A DNA stretch of 64,000 bases from Scenedesmus sp. PABB004 (taxonomy: Eukaryota). The stretch spans positions 4,774,001 through 4,838,000 of the forward strand of contig CM026547.1 of NCBI GenBank assembly GCA_014905635.1, read 5' to 3'. Both the position numbers and the translations under genes were made by a program. Below the pieces are notes generated by a model, which worked only from the letters and a program-made list of their open reading frames with translations, ran no database searches and had not been told where the DNA came from. Numbering within the stretch: the stretch's first letter is position 1; each line of letters opens with the position of its first letter. Shown here piece after piece: positions 12,689 to 24,348 of this stretch.

Positions 12689-14369
12689 TGGCCCCGCGCG
12701 CAGCCCAGCAGCAGCGGGACGCCTCCTCGTCCATGGACCTGCTGGACAGCATCCTGGGCTCGCGCGATGAGGAGCCGCTGCGCTCGCTGGACGAGCCGGC
12801 GGGCGGCGGCGGCGCGGCGCCGCTCACGCTGCTCCGCGCGCCGGGTGCGGGCCGCCGCGGCGCCAGCGGGCGGGCGCACCCCCAGCGCCGCTCCCCTGCC
12901 AGGCGCTGGCCGTGGGCGGCGCTGCTGTCTGTGCGCGCGCTGCGCCGTCGGGGGCCCCACGCTACGCCGCGCACGTGTGGCCGCGCCGCCGCAGGCTGGG
13001 CGTGGGCGGAGCTGCAGGAGCCGCGCGTGGTGCCGCTGGCCTCCACGCTGCTGTATTACCTCCTCATCATCGTGAGCGCGCCGCCCAGGGGGGCGCGGCA
13101 CGCGCGCGAGCGCCGGGGGCGGCGCGGCAGCAGCGTCGCGGCCGCGCATCCCGCGTCCTCGCCCCGCCGCACCCGCCCGCTCGCCCACCTGCCGGCCCAC
13201 GCACTCGCGCGCAGGTGTACTCGTCGTACTACGTGGTGCAGCTGAGCAGCGGGCCGGAGGTCGCCGACGACCTGCTCGCGCGCCTCGCCAACGACCACGC
13301 CGCCGTCGCGGGCGGCGACACGCTGCGCCTGTTCACCTCCTTCTTTGTCACCGACAGCGTGCAGCAGCTGCTCATCGCGCTCGTCGCGCTCGCGACGATG
13401 TCGGCCGAGCTGGAGAGCCTGCTGGGGTACAGCGCCTTCTGGGCGCTCTTCACGCTCACCACGCTCACCGGCGCGCTCGTCGATGCGGGCGTGGGACAGC
13501 TCCCCATCACCGCGGTGCGCACCGGCCGGCGCGGCGGCGGGGCCGGGCGCGGCGGGCGCCGGGGGGGGGGGGGGGGGGGCGGCAGCGGCGCGCGGCGCGC
13601 GGCGCGCGGCGCGCGGCGGCGACGCGGGCCCGCCGCCGCCGCTGCCGACGGCGCGCCGCACACCGCGCCGCAGGGCCCCGCGGCGGGCGTCGGCGGCGTG
13701 GCGGCCGCGCTGCTGGCGCACCACCTGCACAACTGGCGGCTCGAGCAGCTGCTCGCGCAGGCCAAGCGGGGCGAGGTGCCGGAGGCGCTGATGCAGCTGG
13801 AGCACCAGTTCAACCGGCAGCAGCGCCTCGCCGCGGCAGCGGCGGCGGCGCCGCCCGACGGCGCGGCGCAGCGCGGCGCGCCGCCGCCGCCCGAGCCGCT
13901 GCACGCGCCGGCGTCGCGCCTCGCGTCGGACGACGCGCTCGTGGAGACGGAGCTGGAGGGCCCCGTGGGGCTGAGCGTGAGCCTGTGGCTGCCGCGCGAG
14001 GGCAAGGCCTTCCTCACGCTTGGGGGCACCGCCGTCGCGGTCATCGCGGCGCTCAAGGACGCGGCAGACACCGACGTCGCAACCGACTGGGCCGCCCTCG
14101 TCGCGGGCTTTGTCGCGGGCGGCGTGCTGGGCTGGATGACCTGCCCCGTGTACGCGCTGGAGCTGCTGCCGGCCAGCAGCTCGGCCGCGCGCGGCGGCGG
14201 CGGCGCCGCCGGCGGCGGCGACGCGCCCGCGGCGCCGCCCGACCTGCTGCTGCCGGTGCTGCTCGACGCGCGGCCGGGGCCGGAGCGGGCCAACGTGGTG
14301 GTTGGGTACGGCTCGGCGCTCTTTGCGGCGCTGGGGCTGTGGCTGGCGAGCGAGGGCCTCCTGAGCTAG
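12604..14369 (+). CDS. Rhomboid-like membrane protein, predicted catalytically inactive; multi-exon
   Basis: GDTLRLFTSFFV, ELESLLGYSAFWALF, ITAGPAAG (at the GxSG position), DWAALVAGFVAGGVLG (at the AHxGG position); several TM helices. Confidence 0.7.
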
Positions 14370-14616
14370 TGGGCAGCGGCGCTAGCTGGCGGCGGCGGCG
14401 GCGGTCTGTGTATCATCAGCGGCTCTAGGTAGCAGGCGGCGGCCCTGTTTCGGTTGCGGCGTTCCCTTACGGCCACCACGTCATCCCATTGGACGCCGTG
14501 GCGTGGCGTGTGTTTTGACTGCTGTGGCTGCGCGAGCCGCGCTGTGTGCGGCGACTGGCACCGGCGTGAGCTGGCTCTGGGGAGGGCGGGCACGCTCGGC
14601 GTGCCTCGGGTGACAT

Positions 14617-16829
14617 TCAGGCCTCGTCGCCGTCCAAGCCGTACAGGGCGGCCAGCTGCTCCGGCGTGACCGCGCTGGGCGGGCCCTGCGCGGCCAGCTG
14701 CTCCAGCGCGGCCGACCAGCGCGACACGACGTCGCCGCAGCCGGCGAGCGCCGCCTTCTCCGCCAGCAGCGCGCGCAGCACGCCCACACGCAGCACGCCG
14801 CCGCCGCCGGCGCCCGGCTGCGCCTGCAGCAGCTGCGCCAGCTCCGCCGCGTCCGCCTCCGCGCTGGTCTGGTAGGCCGCGGCGGCCGCCGCGACCGCGT
14901 TTGCCAGCACGCCCAGCACGCGGCGCTCGGTGGCGAGCGAGGCTGGCGACGAGAGGCGGCCCATCACGCGCGCGCACAGCGCCACGTCGCCGCCGCCGCC
15001 GCTGCGGCCGCCTGGCGGCGCGGCCCCGGCGCCGCCGCGCCAGCCGGCCTTGATGAGCTCCGCGTCGCTCGCGAGCCCGGCGCGCAGCGCGGCGAGGCAG
15101 GTGACGTCGGGCCCCGCCGGCGTCAGCACGAGCGCGGGCGGGCCGCCCGTGAGCGCTTCCAGCGCGGACAGCAGCGCCGCGTTGCGCGCGCCGCGCGGCT
15201 TCAGGTGCTCGCCCAGCACCGCGTCGTAGCTGGCGCGCAGCGGGAGGGGAGGGGGTCAAGAATGGGCGGGGCGTGGGCGGCGCGCGTGCGGGCGGCGGCA
15301 GCAGCAGGCGCCGGCAGCGCGGCCGCGCACGGCTCACCGCGCGTTGGCGGCGGAGTCCTCCCGCACGCAGCCGTGGTCAAGCAGCAGGTCCGAGGGGCTC
15401 AGGCCGGGGCCGTGGCTGTCAAACACCTCGGCCGACGGCGCGTACGCGGTGTGCGCGACCGCCACCGCCGCGCACGCCTCCGGGTCAAACGCCAGCATCG
15501 CCGCCTCGTCTGCGTCACGCGCACGCGGCGCGCGCGCGGAGCAGGCGCGTGGGCGTGAGCGCGCGCAGGCCGGGGCGGGGCGCGGCGCGCGCGCAGGCGC
15601 ACCGGCCTCGCTGCTGTGCCGAAGCATGTCCGCCCACGGCACCAGCGCCAGCACCCACTCGCTGCGTGGCTGCCAGGTGCCATAGTAGCTCATGTCAGCC
15701 TCCTGCGGGACAGGGCAGGTCAGGGCAGCGCCAGGCGGCGCCGGCGGTGCGCTGGCAGGGGCAGGCGAGGGGCGCGGGTGCCCCCCGCGCCGCGCGCCGC
15801 TGCGCTGCGGCGCGCACCAGGGGCATGTCTGGCTCGCCCATGTCGAGCTGGAAGCTACGGCCGAGGACGATCGCGGCCGCCCACGCCACCGACGCCGGGG
15901 TCACCAGCGGCGAGTGCGCCTCCTGCTGCCAGCGCCGTGCAACCTCCAGCTCATTGGCGCCCGCCGCGATCAGCAGCTCCGTGTCCTGCACGTGGCGGCG
16001 GCGGCAGCCACGCCCTCTCGGCAGCCAGCCCTGCCGCACGGCTGCCGCCGCCGCCGGCGTGCAGCCCCCGTGCACGCAGCGCCCGCGGCGCGCACCTCCT
16101 GGACCTGCGCGAGGCGGTCGGTCAGCACGCGCAGCATCGGCGACCCCGTGAGCTGCCCCTGCAGCTCGCTGCTCCACAGGAGCGGGTGGTGGCTCTGGTC
16201 GCCCAGCACGGCGATGTACGGCGCCCAGAAGCTGTCCGCGCCGGCCGCGCGCTCGCAAAGCAGGTGCAGCAGCAGCGCCGCCCACTCGTTGAGCGCCGCG
16301 CCGCGCACGAGCTGCCCGCACAGGCCGCTGCGCGCCGCCGACTCGGCCGTCAGGAACAGCTTCGCCGGGATCTGCAGCAACACCTGGCCCTCCGCGATGG
16401 GCGCGCCCGCCAGCATGCGGTGCTCCCTGTGCGCCGGCGCGCGGCGACGGGGCGTTGGTGGCGACCGGGCGTCGGCGGCGACGGGGCGTCGGCGGCGACG
16501 GAGCGTCGGCGGCGACGGGGCGTCGACGCGCCGCGCGGCGCTGCCGTCGCTGCTCCGCCGCCGCCGCACCCGCTCGGGCCGAGGAGCTCCGGCTCTAGCT
16601 GCGCCGGCCAGGGCGAGCAGTGGCCCGCCACCCAAGCCTTCAGCGCGGCGCACTTGGCCAAGTCGAGCCCCGCCGGCGGCGGCGCGGCGGCCGCTGCCGC
16701 GGCGCCGGCCGCTGCCGCGGCGCCCGCCGATCGCCGCCGCGGCCGGTGGCGCTGCGGCACCGCGCGACATCGCGGACCGGGTGCGGTGCGGGAGGGGGGA
16801 TGCCGGGCGCGGGCCGCCAGGCCGTGCAT
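14617..16829 (-). CDS. SET-domain protein (Rubisco LSMT/SETD3-like) with transit peptide; multi-exon
   Basis: PIAEGQVLLQIP, LLLHLLCE..SFWAPYIAVL..HPLLWS, WAAAIVLGRSF, LALVPWADMLRH, EVFDSHGP..DLLLDHG, YQTSAEAD. Confidence 0.8.
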
Positions 16830-17147
16830 CGCGCGGCCGCCGGCGCTGCTGCGAGCTGTCGCTGCGGCGAGCTGCCGTGCGCCGCAGGGCGATGTGTGGG
16901 TCGAGCGCGCCCTGCCGATGCCGGGCGAGTCTGAGTCGGGAGTCAGGCGAGTCGACTCGCGAGCCGACAAGCAAGCGTGGTGGGTTCGCCGGCGCGTCCG
17001 CGAAGCTGCCGGCGCGCCGCCAGTGGCCGACTGCTCCGCCTGCCTGCCCGTACATCCTGACAGCGCCGCCACCACGCTCCCGCCGGGCACGCCGCCGTCG
17101 CCGCTGCACTCGGCGCGGCGGCGGCCGCCATTGACCGCTGCGCTCCG

Positions 17148-20100
17148 ATGCGCGTGGCCGTCTACCCGGGCGCCGGCTACGTCGCCGCGGAGCTGCTGCG
17201 GCACCTGGCGAGCCGGGGGCACGATGTGGTCGCCGCGGCGCCGCCCGACGAGCCCGGGGCGGCCGACGCGTGGGCGGGCGCGGTCGAGGTGCGCGCGGCG
17301 CAGCGCGCGTGCGCTGCCAGCCGCCGCGCCGAGCTCGACCCGCCGGGCGGGCCTGCGGCGACCGTCGTCGCCGCGGCCGCCACCACCGCCGGCGCAGGGC
17401 GCGGACGCGGTGTTCCACGTCCTGCACGGCCACGAGGCGCACGCTCGGCGCACCGTGCAGCGGCTGCTGCGGCGCGTCCGCGCCCACGGGCCGGGCGAGG
17501 GGCCGGCGCCCGTCTTCGTGGGCATCAGCACGCCGCTGACCTGGGCCGCCACGCCGGCGGCGGCGGCGGATGCGGGCGCGTCGGGCGCGCGCGCGTCGGG
17601 CGAGGACGACGCGGGCGCCGGCGGCGCGGCGCCGCAGACCGGCGCGGGCGGCGGGCAGCAGCTGACGCACCGCGACGCGGCGGCGCGGCGGCCCGCCGCC
17701 GCCGCGCTGGAGGCGTGGCACGTGGAGCAGCTGCTGCTGCGCTGCGCGCGGTCAGGGCGGCTCGCCGCGTACGTCGTGCTGCCGGGCGTGCTCTACGGGT
17801 CGGGCGAGGACGACGCGCAGCTGCATGGCCTCTTCCGCGCGGCGTGGGAGGGCGGCGCAGCGCCGCTGCGCGTCGCGGGGTGCGGCGCCAACCGCGTGCC
17901 GACGTGCTGCGTCGCCGACCTCGCCGCGTTCTGCGCCGCCGTCGCGGAGCAGCGGCCGCCCAGCCCCTACCTGCTCGCCTGCGACGATGAGGCGCCCACG
18001 CAGGCGGCGCTCGTGCGCGCCGTCGCGGCGGCGCTGGGCGGGCGGCGCGTCGAGGCGGCGGGCGCGGGGGGCCCCGGCGCGCTGCTCGCGGCGCCGCCGC
18101 ACGGCGCGCTGCTGCTGCTGGACCTGCCACTCGCGCCCAGCCACGGCGCGCTGCCGCGGCCGTGGGAGGTCGAGCGCGTGTGCCCGCGCGGGCTGCTGGG
18201 GCACCTCCCCCAGGTGCTGGCGGAGCTGGTCGCGGCGCGGCGGCTGGCGCCGCTGCGGCTCGTGCTGCGCGGCCCGCCGGCGAGCGGCAAGAGCCGCCTC
18301 GCGGCGCGGCTGGCCGCGCGCTACGGGCTCGTGCACGTCGACGCGGCCGCCATCCTGGCCGAGCTGCCGCGCGCCGACGGCGACACCCAGAAGGCGGCCG
18401 CGGCGCAGCTCGGCCGCGAGGGCCGGCTCTCGGCGCCGCTCATGGCGCGGCTGGCGCAGCAGTGCCTCGCGCGCGACCCCGCTGCGGCGCTGCAGGGCTG
18501 GGTCCTGGACGGCTGGCTGCGCAGCCTGGCGGCGGCGCGCGCGTTTGCCGCGCAGCCCGACGAGCGCCGCGCAGCGGGCGAGCGCGGCGGGCGGCGCGCG
18601 TCGATCCTGCTGTCGGACGGCGGCGCCGCGTGCGCGCGCCGGCGCACCGCCGCGTTTGAGGACGGCGGCGAGGGCGCGGCGCCGCCGCTCAGCGCCGAGC
18701 TGCTGCCGCACTTTGTGATCGAGGTGCGGCGCGGCGCCGCGGCGCGTGGACACGCGCGCCACTGCCTGCCAGCTGGCTGCAGCGGCTCACGCGCCCCCGC
18801 GCCGCCGCCAGCTCGACGCGCCCGACGAGGAGCTGCTGCGCCGCGTGTTCGCGCTGACGGCGGCAGAGGCGGCGGAGGCGGCGGCCGCCGCGGCGGAGGG
18901 CGCGAGCCAGGGCGGCGGCAGGCCGAGCAGGAAGCCGGCGTCAGCGGGCCGCGGGAAGGACGCGGCGGGCGCAGCGGGCGCGCCGCCGGGCTCGCACAAC
19001 AACGAGCGCGACTGGGCGCGCCGCATGGAGGCGCACAGGGCGCTCCTGGCCGAGGACGCAGCCGACCTGGCGGCCAGGGTGGGCGCGCACGCCGCGCGGC
19101 GCCGCGTGCGCTGGCCGCAGCGGCCTCGGAGCGCGCGAGCTGGCCCGCGGCCTCACCCCGCCGCCGCCGCCGCCCGCACGCGTGCCCCCGCAGCGCGCGG
19201 CGGCGGCCGCCGTGCAGGCCGCGCAGGCGGGCGCAAGCCCGCTCAACACGCCCGGCCGCGCCGCGCGCTCCGGCGCGCCAGCCCGGCTGCCCGCGCCCAG
19301 CCCCGCCGCGGCCGGGCGCGAGGCGGGCGGCGCGGCGGCGCCGCCGGACGCGCGGCTGCCGGAGCACGGCGGGTTTCTGGGTTTTTTCGCCGACGCGGGT
19401 GCGCCGCCGCGGCGGCCGCTTCCCCGCGCGGGCCGTGCGCGCGGCTGCGGCGGCCGCCGACTGCCGGGGCCGCCGCTGCGGCCGCAGGCGCGCAGGTCAT
19501 CCGGCTGAGCAGCGCCCGCGAGGGCGGCGGCTGCTGCGGGCCGCAGCCGGCGGCGCTGCCGGCGGCCGAGGCGCAGCTGGTCGCGGTGATCGGGGCGCCG
19601 CACAACTACCGCGGCTTCCCGCCAGACCCGCAGGAGCAGCCGGAGCAGCAGCAGTCAGGGCAGCAGCAGCCGCAGCAGGCGCAGGCGGGCGGCGCAGCCG
19701 CGGTGCAGCGGGCGGCGGCCGGCCCGCCGGCGGCCAGCGCGGAGCTGCTGGCGGCGGCGGTGGCGCTGGCGGCGGAGGGTGCCGCGCGGCGCGCGGCACG
19801 GGTCAAGGCCGCAGCGCGGCCGCTGGTCGCGTCCCTCGTGTCCGGCGTGATGCCGGCGCTCATGGCGGGCCTGGTCCGCGCCGCGACCAGCCGCCCCGCC
19901 GACCCGCTGGCGGTCATCGCGGAGCAGCTGCTCGCCGCGGCGGCGGCGGCCAGGGCGGGGCGCGTCAGTCCCGACGACGCAGACCCCCACGACGAGCAGC
20001 TGCGCGCAGAGGTCGAGGCCGCGGCGGCGGCCGCGGCGGCGTCCGCAGAGGCCGGGGCGTCGCGCGAGGCGGCTGCACGCGGGGCAGCAGCAGCGGCTGA

Positions 20101-20284
20101 GGCAGAGGCGGCGCCGGCGCCCGGGGGCGCGCGGGAGCCCGGCTGGCAAGGCGCGCCAGCGGCAGCGGCTCCGGTCGCGGCTGCGCCGTCGCCGGCGGGC
20201 CTTGCGCGGCCTGGGTCGGCGGCGCCGGGCGGCAGGGGGCGGCGCGCGCCAAGCCCGCGACGCCGGTGCGCGCGCGCTGACTGA
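17148..20284 (+). CDS. AK7: Adenylate kinase 7-like (N-terminal Rossmann-like domain, AK domain, Dpy-30 motif); multi-exon
   Basis: FVGISTPLTWA, YVVLPGVLYGSGE..LFRAAW..GANRVPT, GPPASGKS P-loop, QGWVLDGW, IGAPHNY, VMPALMAGL..RPADPLAVIAEQL (Dpy-30). Confidence 0.85.
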
Positions 20285-20536
20285 TCAAGGCAACTCTCCG
20301 TTGCCGCGGCGGGGCCGCCGCAACTCATGAACCGCGCCTCGCGGCCCGGGCGCCGCGGCGCCTGTCTCGGCGCCCGACAAGAGCAATGCAACCCAAGCAG
20401 AGCAGCAGCACACGCACCATCAAGCGCAGCGACCGCAAACACTCTCCCCCCGCGCCTCGCTGCAGCGCTCTCGCATGCGCTGTGAAGCCTGCTCCGATCC
20501 CGGCCGCGCGCGCTCGCAACCCTGACGCTGCCGCCG

Positions 20537-23500
20537 CTACGACCGCGCCGGCGGCGGCGCCCGGCCCTGCGCCGCGGCCAGCACGCGCTGCAGCTCCTCC
20601 GCCTCGCGGCGCACCGCAGCGAGCACGCGCTCCGCCGCCTCCGCGCGTGCGCCCGTGCTCGTCGCCCGCCGCGCCTCGCCGCCGGCCTCGGCCGCCGCGG
20701 CGCCGCCGGGCTCGCCCGGCCACTGCTGGTCGCGGGGCGGCGCGGCATCGCCGCCGTTGCACGCGGGCGCGGCGGCGCGGGCAGCGTCTGGCTGCTGCTC
20801 CAGGCCGCCGGCGCTGTCGTCGCTGCTGCGCTTGCCGCTGTCGGACGACTTGGAGGAGGGTATGGTGGTCAGGCCGTCCCTCTCGGCCTGCCCCGCGCCC
20901 CCCGGCGCGGGGCCCGCCGCGCCACCGCGCGAGAGCGGCGAGCACGGCGGCCTGCACGCCGCCGTGCGCGGCGAGGGCGGCGCGCAGGTGCTGCCGCTGC
21001 CCGACCGCGCCGCGGTGAAGGAGCGCCGGCCCAGCGAGCTCCAGCTGCCGCCGGTCAGGGCCGCCGGCAGGCCGCGGCCGTCGCTGAGGCCGGACAGCCG
21101 CGACCACGTGCGCCCAGGCAGGTCCGTAACCGTTCGGCGCAGCTGCTCCGCCTGGCCGCGGCCCACGCTCGGCACGAGCGACAGCCTGTGCAGAGAGGCG
21201 CGCGGCGGCGCGCAGCGCTGAGCCCGCCGCGGGCCGCGCCCCGGCCCCGCCGCGCCTGGGCCTCTCCGAGTCCCCCCTGCCCGCCCGCCCTCCCGCGCGC
21301 GGCCCCGCACCGCTGTGTGAGGCTGCCGACGTCGTGCAGCAGCGAGCGCGCCGCGCTGAGCGTGCGGTCGACCACGGGCCCGGCGAGGCGCGCGACGAGG
21401 GAGCCCGAGCTGTCCAGCAGGTTCCGCACCTCGGCCATGAGGCCCGCCTTGCTCTGCGCGTCCAGTAAAAACGCGCCGTGGAAGAGGTGGGGGTTGATGA
21501 TGACCTGACCGCCCCCGCGCCGGCCCCGCGCGCGCGGGCGCGGCGGCGGGGAGGCGTGAGCGCGGCGGCGGCGACGGCGCGGCGCGCGGCGGCAGCGCGT
21601 CGTGGAGGCGCCCGCACGGCGCAGCGCGCGCTGCGCACCTTTGTGTTTCCCGCGAGGCCGAGCATGCGCTCCACCTCCTCCGCGGGGCAGAGGTCGTCGT
21701 TGCCCGACAGGATCACCGTGCTGAGGCCGGGCGGCAGCTCGTCCGGCCAGCAGTTGAGATCGGTCCTGCGCGGGCGGCGGCGGCGGCGCGCTCGCGGTGA
21801 GGCGGCGCCCGGGGTGCAGCGGCGCGCAGAGCAGCAGCGCCGCGGGCGCCACAGGCCGCGGGGGGCGGCGCACCAGTAGAAGCGCCGCGCAAACGTCGCC
21901 GCGATGTGGACGTCGCGCGACGCGAAGCGGAGCGCCAGGTCGCGCAGGCACACGTCGGGGCTGCGGCGGCGCCGGCGGCGGCGGCGGCGGCGGCGAAAGG
22001 CGGGTCACGGCGGCTGGGGCACGCGCCGCGCGCTGTGCCTGCTGCGCTGCGCTGCGCCGCGCCCCGCCGCGCCGCAGCTCACTGGCGCCAGTCGATGCGG
22101 GGGCGGCGGTACAGAAAGTTGTTGAGCAGGCTGGGCATGAACATGCCTGCAGGAACATGCGCGCGCGCGGGCGGGCGGTGGGAAGCGGGGAGGGGTCGGC
22201 GCCGCGGGCGCGCCGGCGGCGCGGGGTGGCGTGGGGCCTGCGGGGCCGGCGCACCCAGGCAGACGGGGTCCACGAGCACGACGGAGTGCACGCGCTGCGC
22301 GAAGCGGCGGTTGAGCACGCTCGCGACGAACGACCCGTACGAGTGCGCGACGACGCACACGCGAGGCAGGCCCTCCGCCTCGAGCACGCGCACGACGCCC
22401 TCCGCCACCTCATCAACTGGGGGGATGTACGAGCTGCGCGGCGCCGCGGGGCGGGCGGCGGGTGGGTTGACAAGGCGTGGGCGGGCGGGGGCGGGGCGTG
22501 AGACGGCTGCGGCGGCTGCGCCGGCGCGGGCGGGCGCGACGGGCGGCGCGGCGCGGCGGCGCGGCGCGGCGGCGCACGCGGGCGGGCGCGGCGGGCGGCG
22601 CGGCGCGCACGTGACGCGCATGGACACGTGCTTCATCTCCACCACGATCACGGGGTGCCCCAGGCCCACCACGTGGCGCAGCATCTCCAGGTACAGCACC
22701 AGGCCGCCCACGCCGTGCAGGAAGAGCACCGGCACGCCCGCGTCGCCCGCGCCGCCCGGCAGCGCGCCGCGCAGCGGGTTGGCGCCGCCGCCGCCGAGCT
22801 GCGGCGGCGGCGGCGGCGCGGCAAAGGGCGTCCAGTCGTCGTCGCCGCCGTCGCCACCGCCCACGCACGCGGCGCCGTCGGCGCCGGCCGCGCCGGCGGC
22901 GCGGGGCGCGTCCTGGGTGGGCCAGTCGAGGCCGAAGCGCAGGGTGTAATACGTGTGCAGCCCCAGGCGCTTCTGGCGGAAGCCCAGCCCCGCGAGCAGC
23001 AGGCGCTGCCCCGCGGCGGCGGCCTCGAGGCCCGCGTACAGCGCCAGCGGCCGCCAGCTCGCCCGCAGCGGCTCCCACAGGTGCGCCTGCGGCGGGAGGC
23101 GCGCACGCTCGGGGCGGGCGCGCACGCGCGCCGCCCGCGCCGCGCCCTGCGCCGCGCCCTGCGCCGCGCCCTGCGCCGCGCCCTGCGCCGCGCCCTGCGC
23201 CGCGCCCTGTGCCGCGCCCTGCGCCGCCGTCGCACCATGAAGCGCAGGCCCGGCGTGTACCCCGGCGCAAAGGCCACGCCCAGCGCCTCCTGCAGGGCGT
23301 TCACCATGCGCCCCGGCTCGCCGGCGAGCTCGCCGACCATTTCGTCGCTGCGGCGGCGGCGCGGCGCGCGGCGCGCGCGCACCGCTCAGCGCCGGCGGGG
23401 CGCCCCAGGCCCTCAACCCTCAACCCTGAGCCCTGAAACCCGTCTAAAACCGTCTCAACGCACATGCGCCGGTAGTAAAACCCGTAGGTCAACATCTCGG

Positions 23501-23921
23501 CCACGTTGTCGCGCCGGATGTCGGCGAAGGGCGCGCCGCAGAACCAGGTGACCAGGTAGGAGCGCGGGTCAATGCCGCCGGGCACGTGGGCCGCCACGTG
23601 CAGGAAGCGCGCCCAGGTCGCGCGCGCCTCGGCGGCGGTGTAGCCCGCCGGCTCGCAGCGCGGCGGCTGCCCGTTGAACGCGGCGAACGTGGGGCGCCAG
23701 TACAGGGTGTAAAACGCCCACTCCACAGCGCACGCCGCTGCCAGCAGGGTCCACTTGACCGCCCACGCCGCGAGCGCCGCGCGCCACGCGAGCCACGGGC
23801 CGAGCGTCGCCGCCGCGGCGAGCACGGCCGCGCCGAGCGCGCGCTTGGCCAGCGCCCGCCCCGAGAGAACCCTAAGGCCCTCTGCTCCCTCCGGGCCCTG
23901 GGGGTCCGCCGCCGCCGCCAT
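20537..23921 (-). CDS. Alpha/beta-fold hydrolase with N-terminal TM segments; multi-exon
   Basis: WFCGAPFADIRRDNVAEML.YGF, HLWEPLRASWRPL, PVLFLHGVGG, VVAHSYGSFV, VVLVDPVC, RDVHIAATFARRFYW, VILSGNDDL, FHGAFL. Confidence 0.8.
23139..23227 (+). repeat. Intronic minisatellite (GCCGCGCCCTGC) x~7
   Basis: Tandem 12-mer read directly from the sequence. Confidence 0.9.
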
Positions 23922-24348
23922 GACGGCGCCTGAGCGGCAGCAGCGCCGCCCGCCGCGCGGCAGCAGCGCCCGCCGCCGCCGCCCGCCTGCTGCCGGTGCG
24001 CAGGCCGCTTGCGGGGCGGGAATCGTGCGACACACTGCCTGGCGCGATCGCAGGCGCGCGGAGGCGGCAGGCAGGCGCGATGCAGGAGCGCCCGCAGCGG
24101 CGGCGCGGCAGGTGCGCGCGGCTGCTCTGACACTCGCGGCCCCGCGGGCCGGGCGGCCGCCGGCTTGCGAGCGTGCGGAACGGCGAGCGATGTGGGCGGC
24201 GGCGGCGGCGATCGCGCTGGGCGGCGGGCGCTTCGCGCGCCGGCAGGTGTGAGGCGCGGGTCTCAGGGCTCACGGCCGTTGCCCGAAAGCGCCGCCGCCG
24301 CCGCCGCCGCCCCTGCCCGGCGGGCATGCGCCCGCGCTGCGCGCCGCC

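Noticed and set aside
4677..16530. Short intronic tandem repeats (4677-4745, 7290-7331, 16440-16530)
   Set aside because: Ordinary slippage-derived micro/minisatellites
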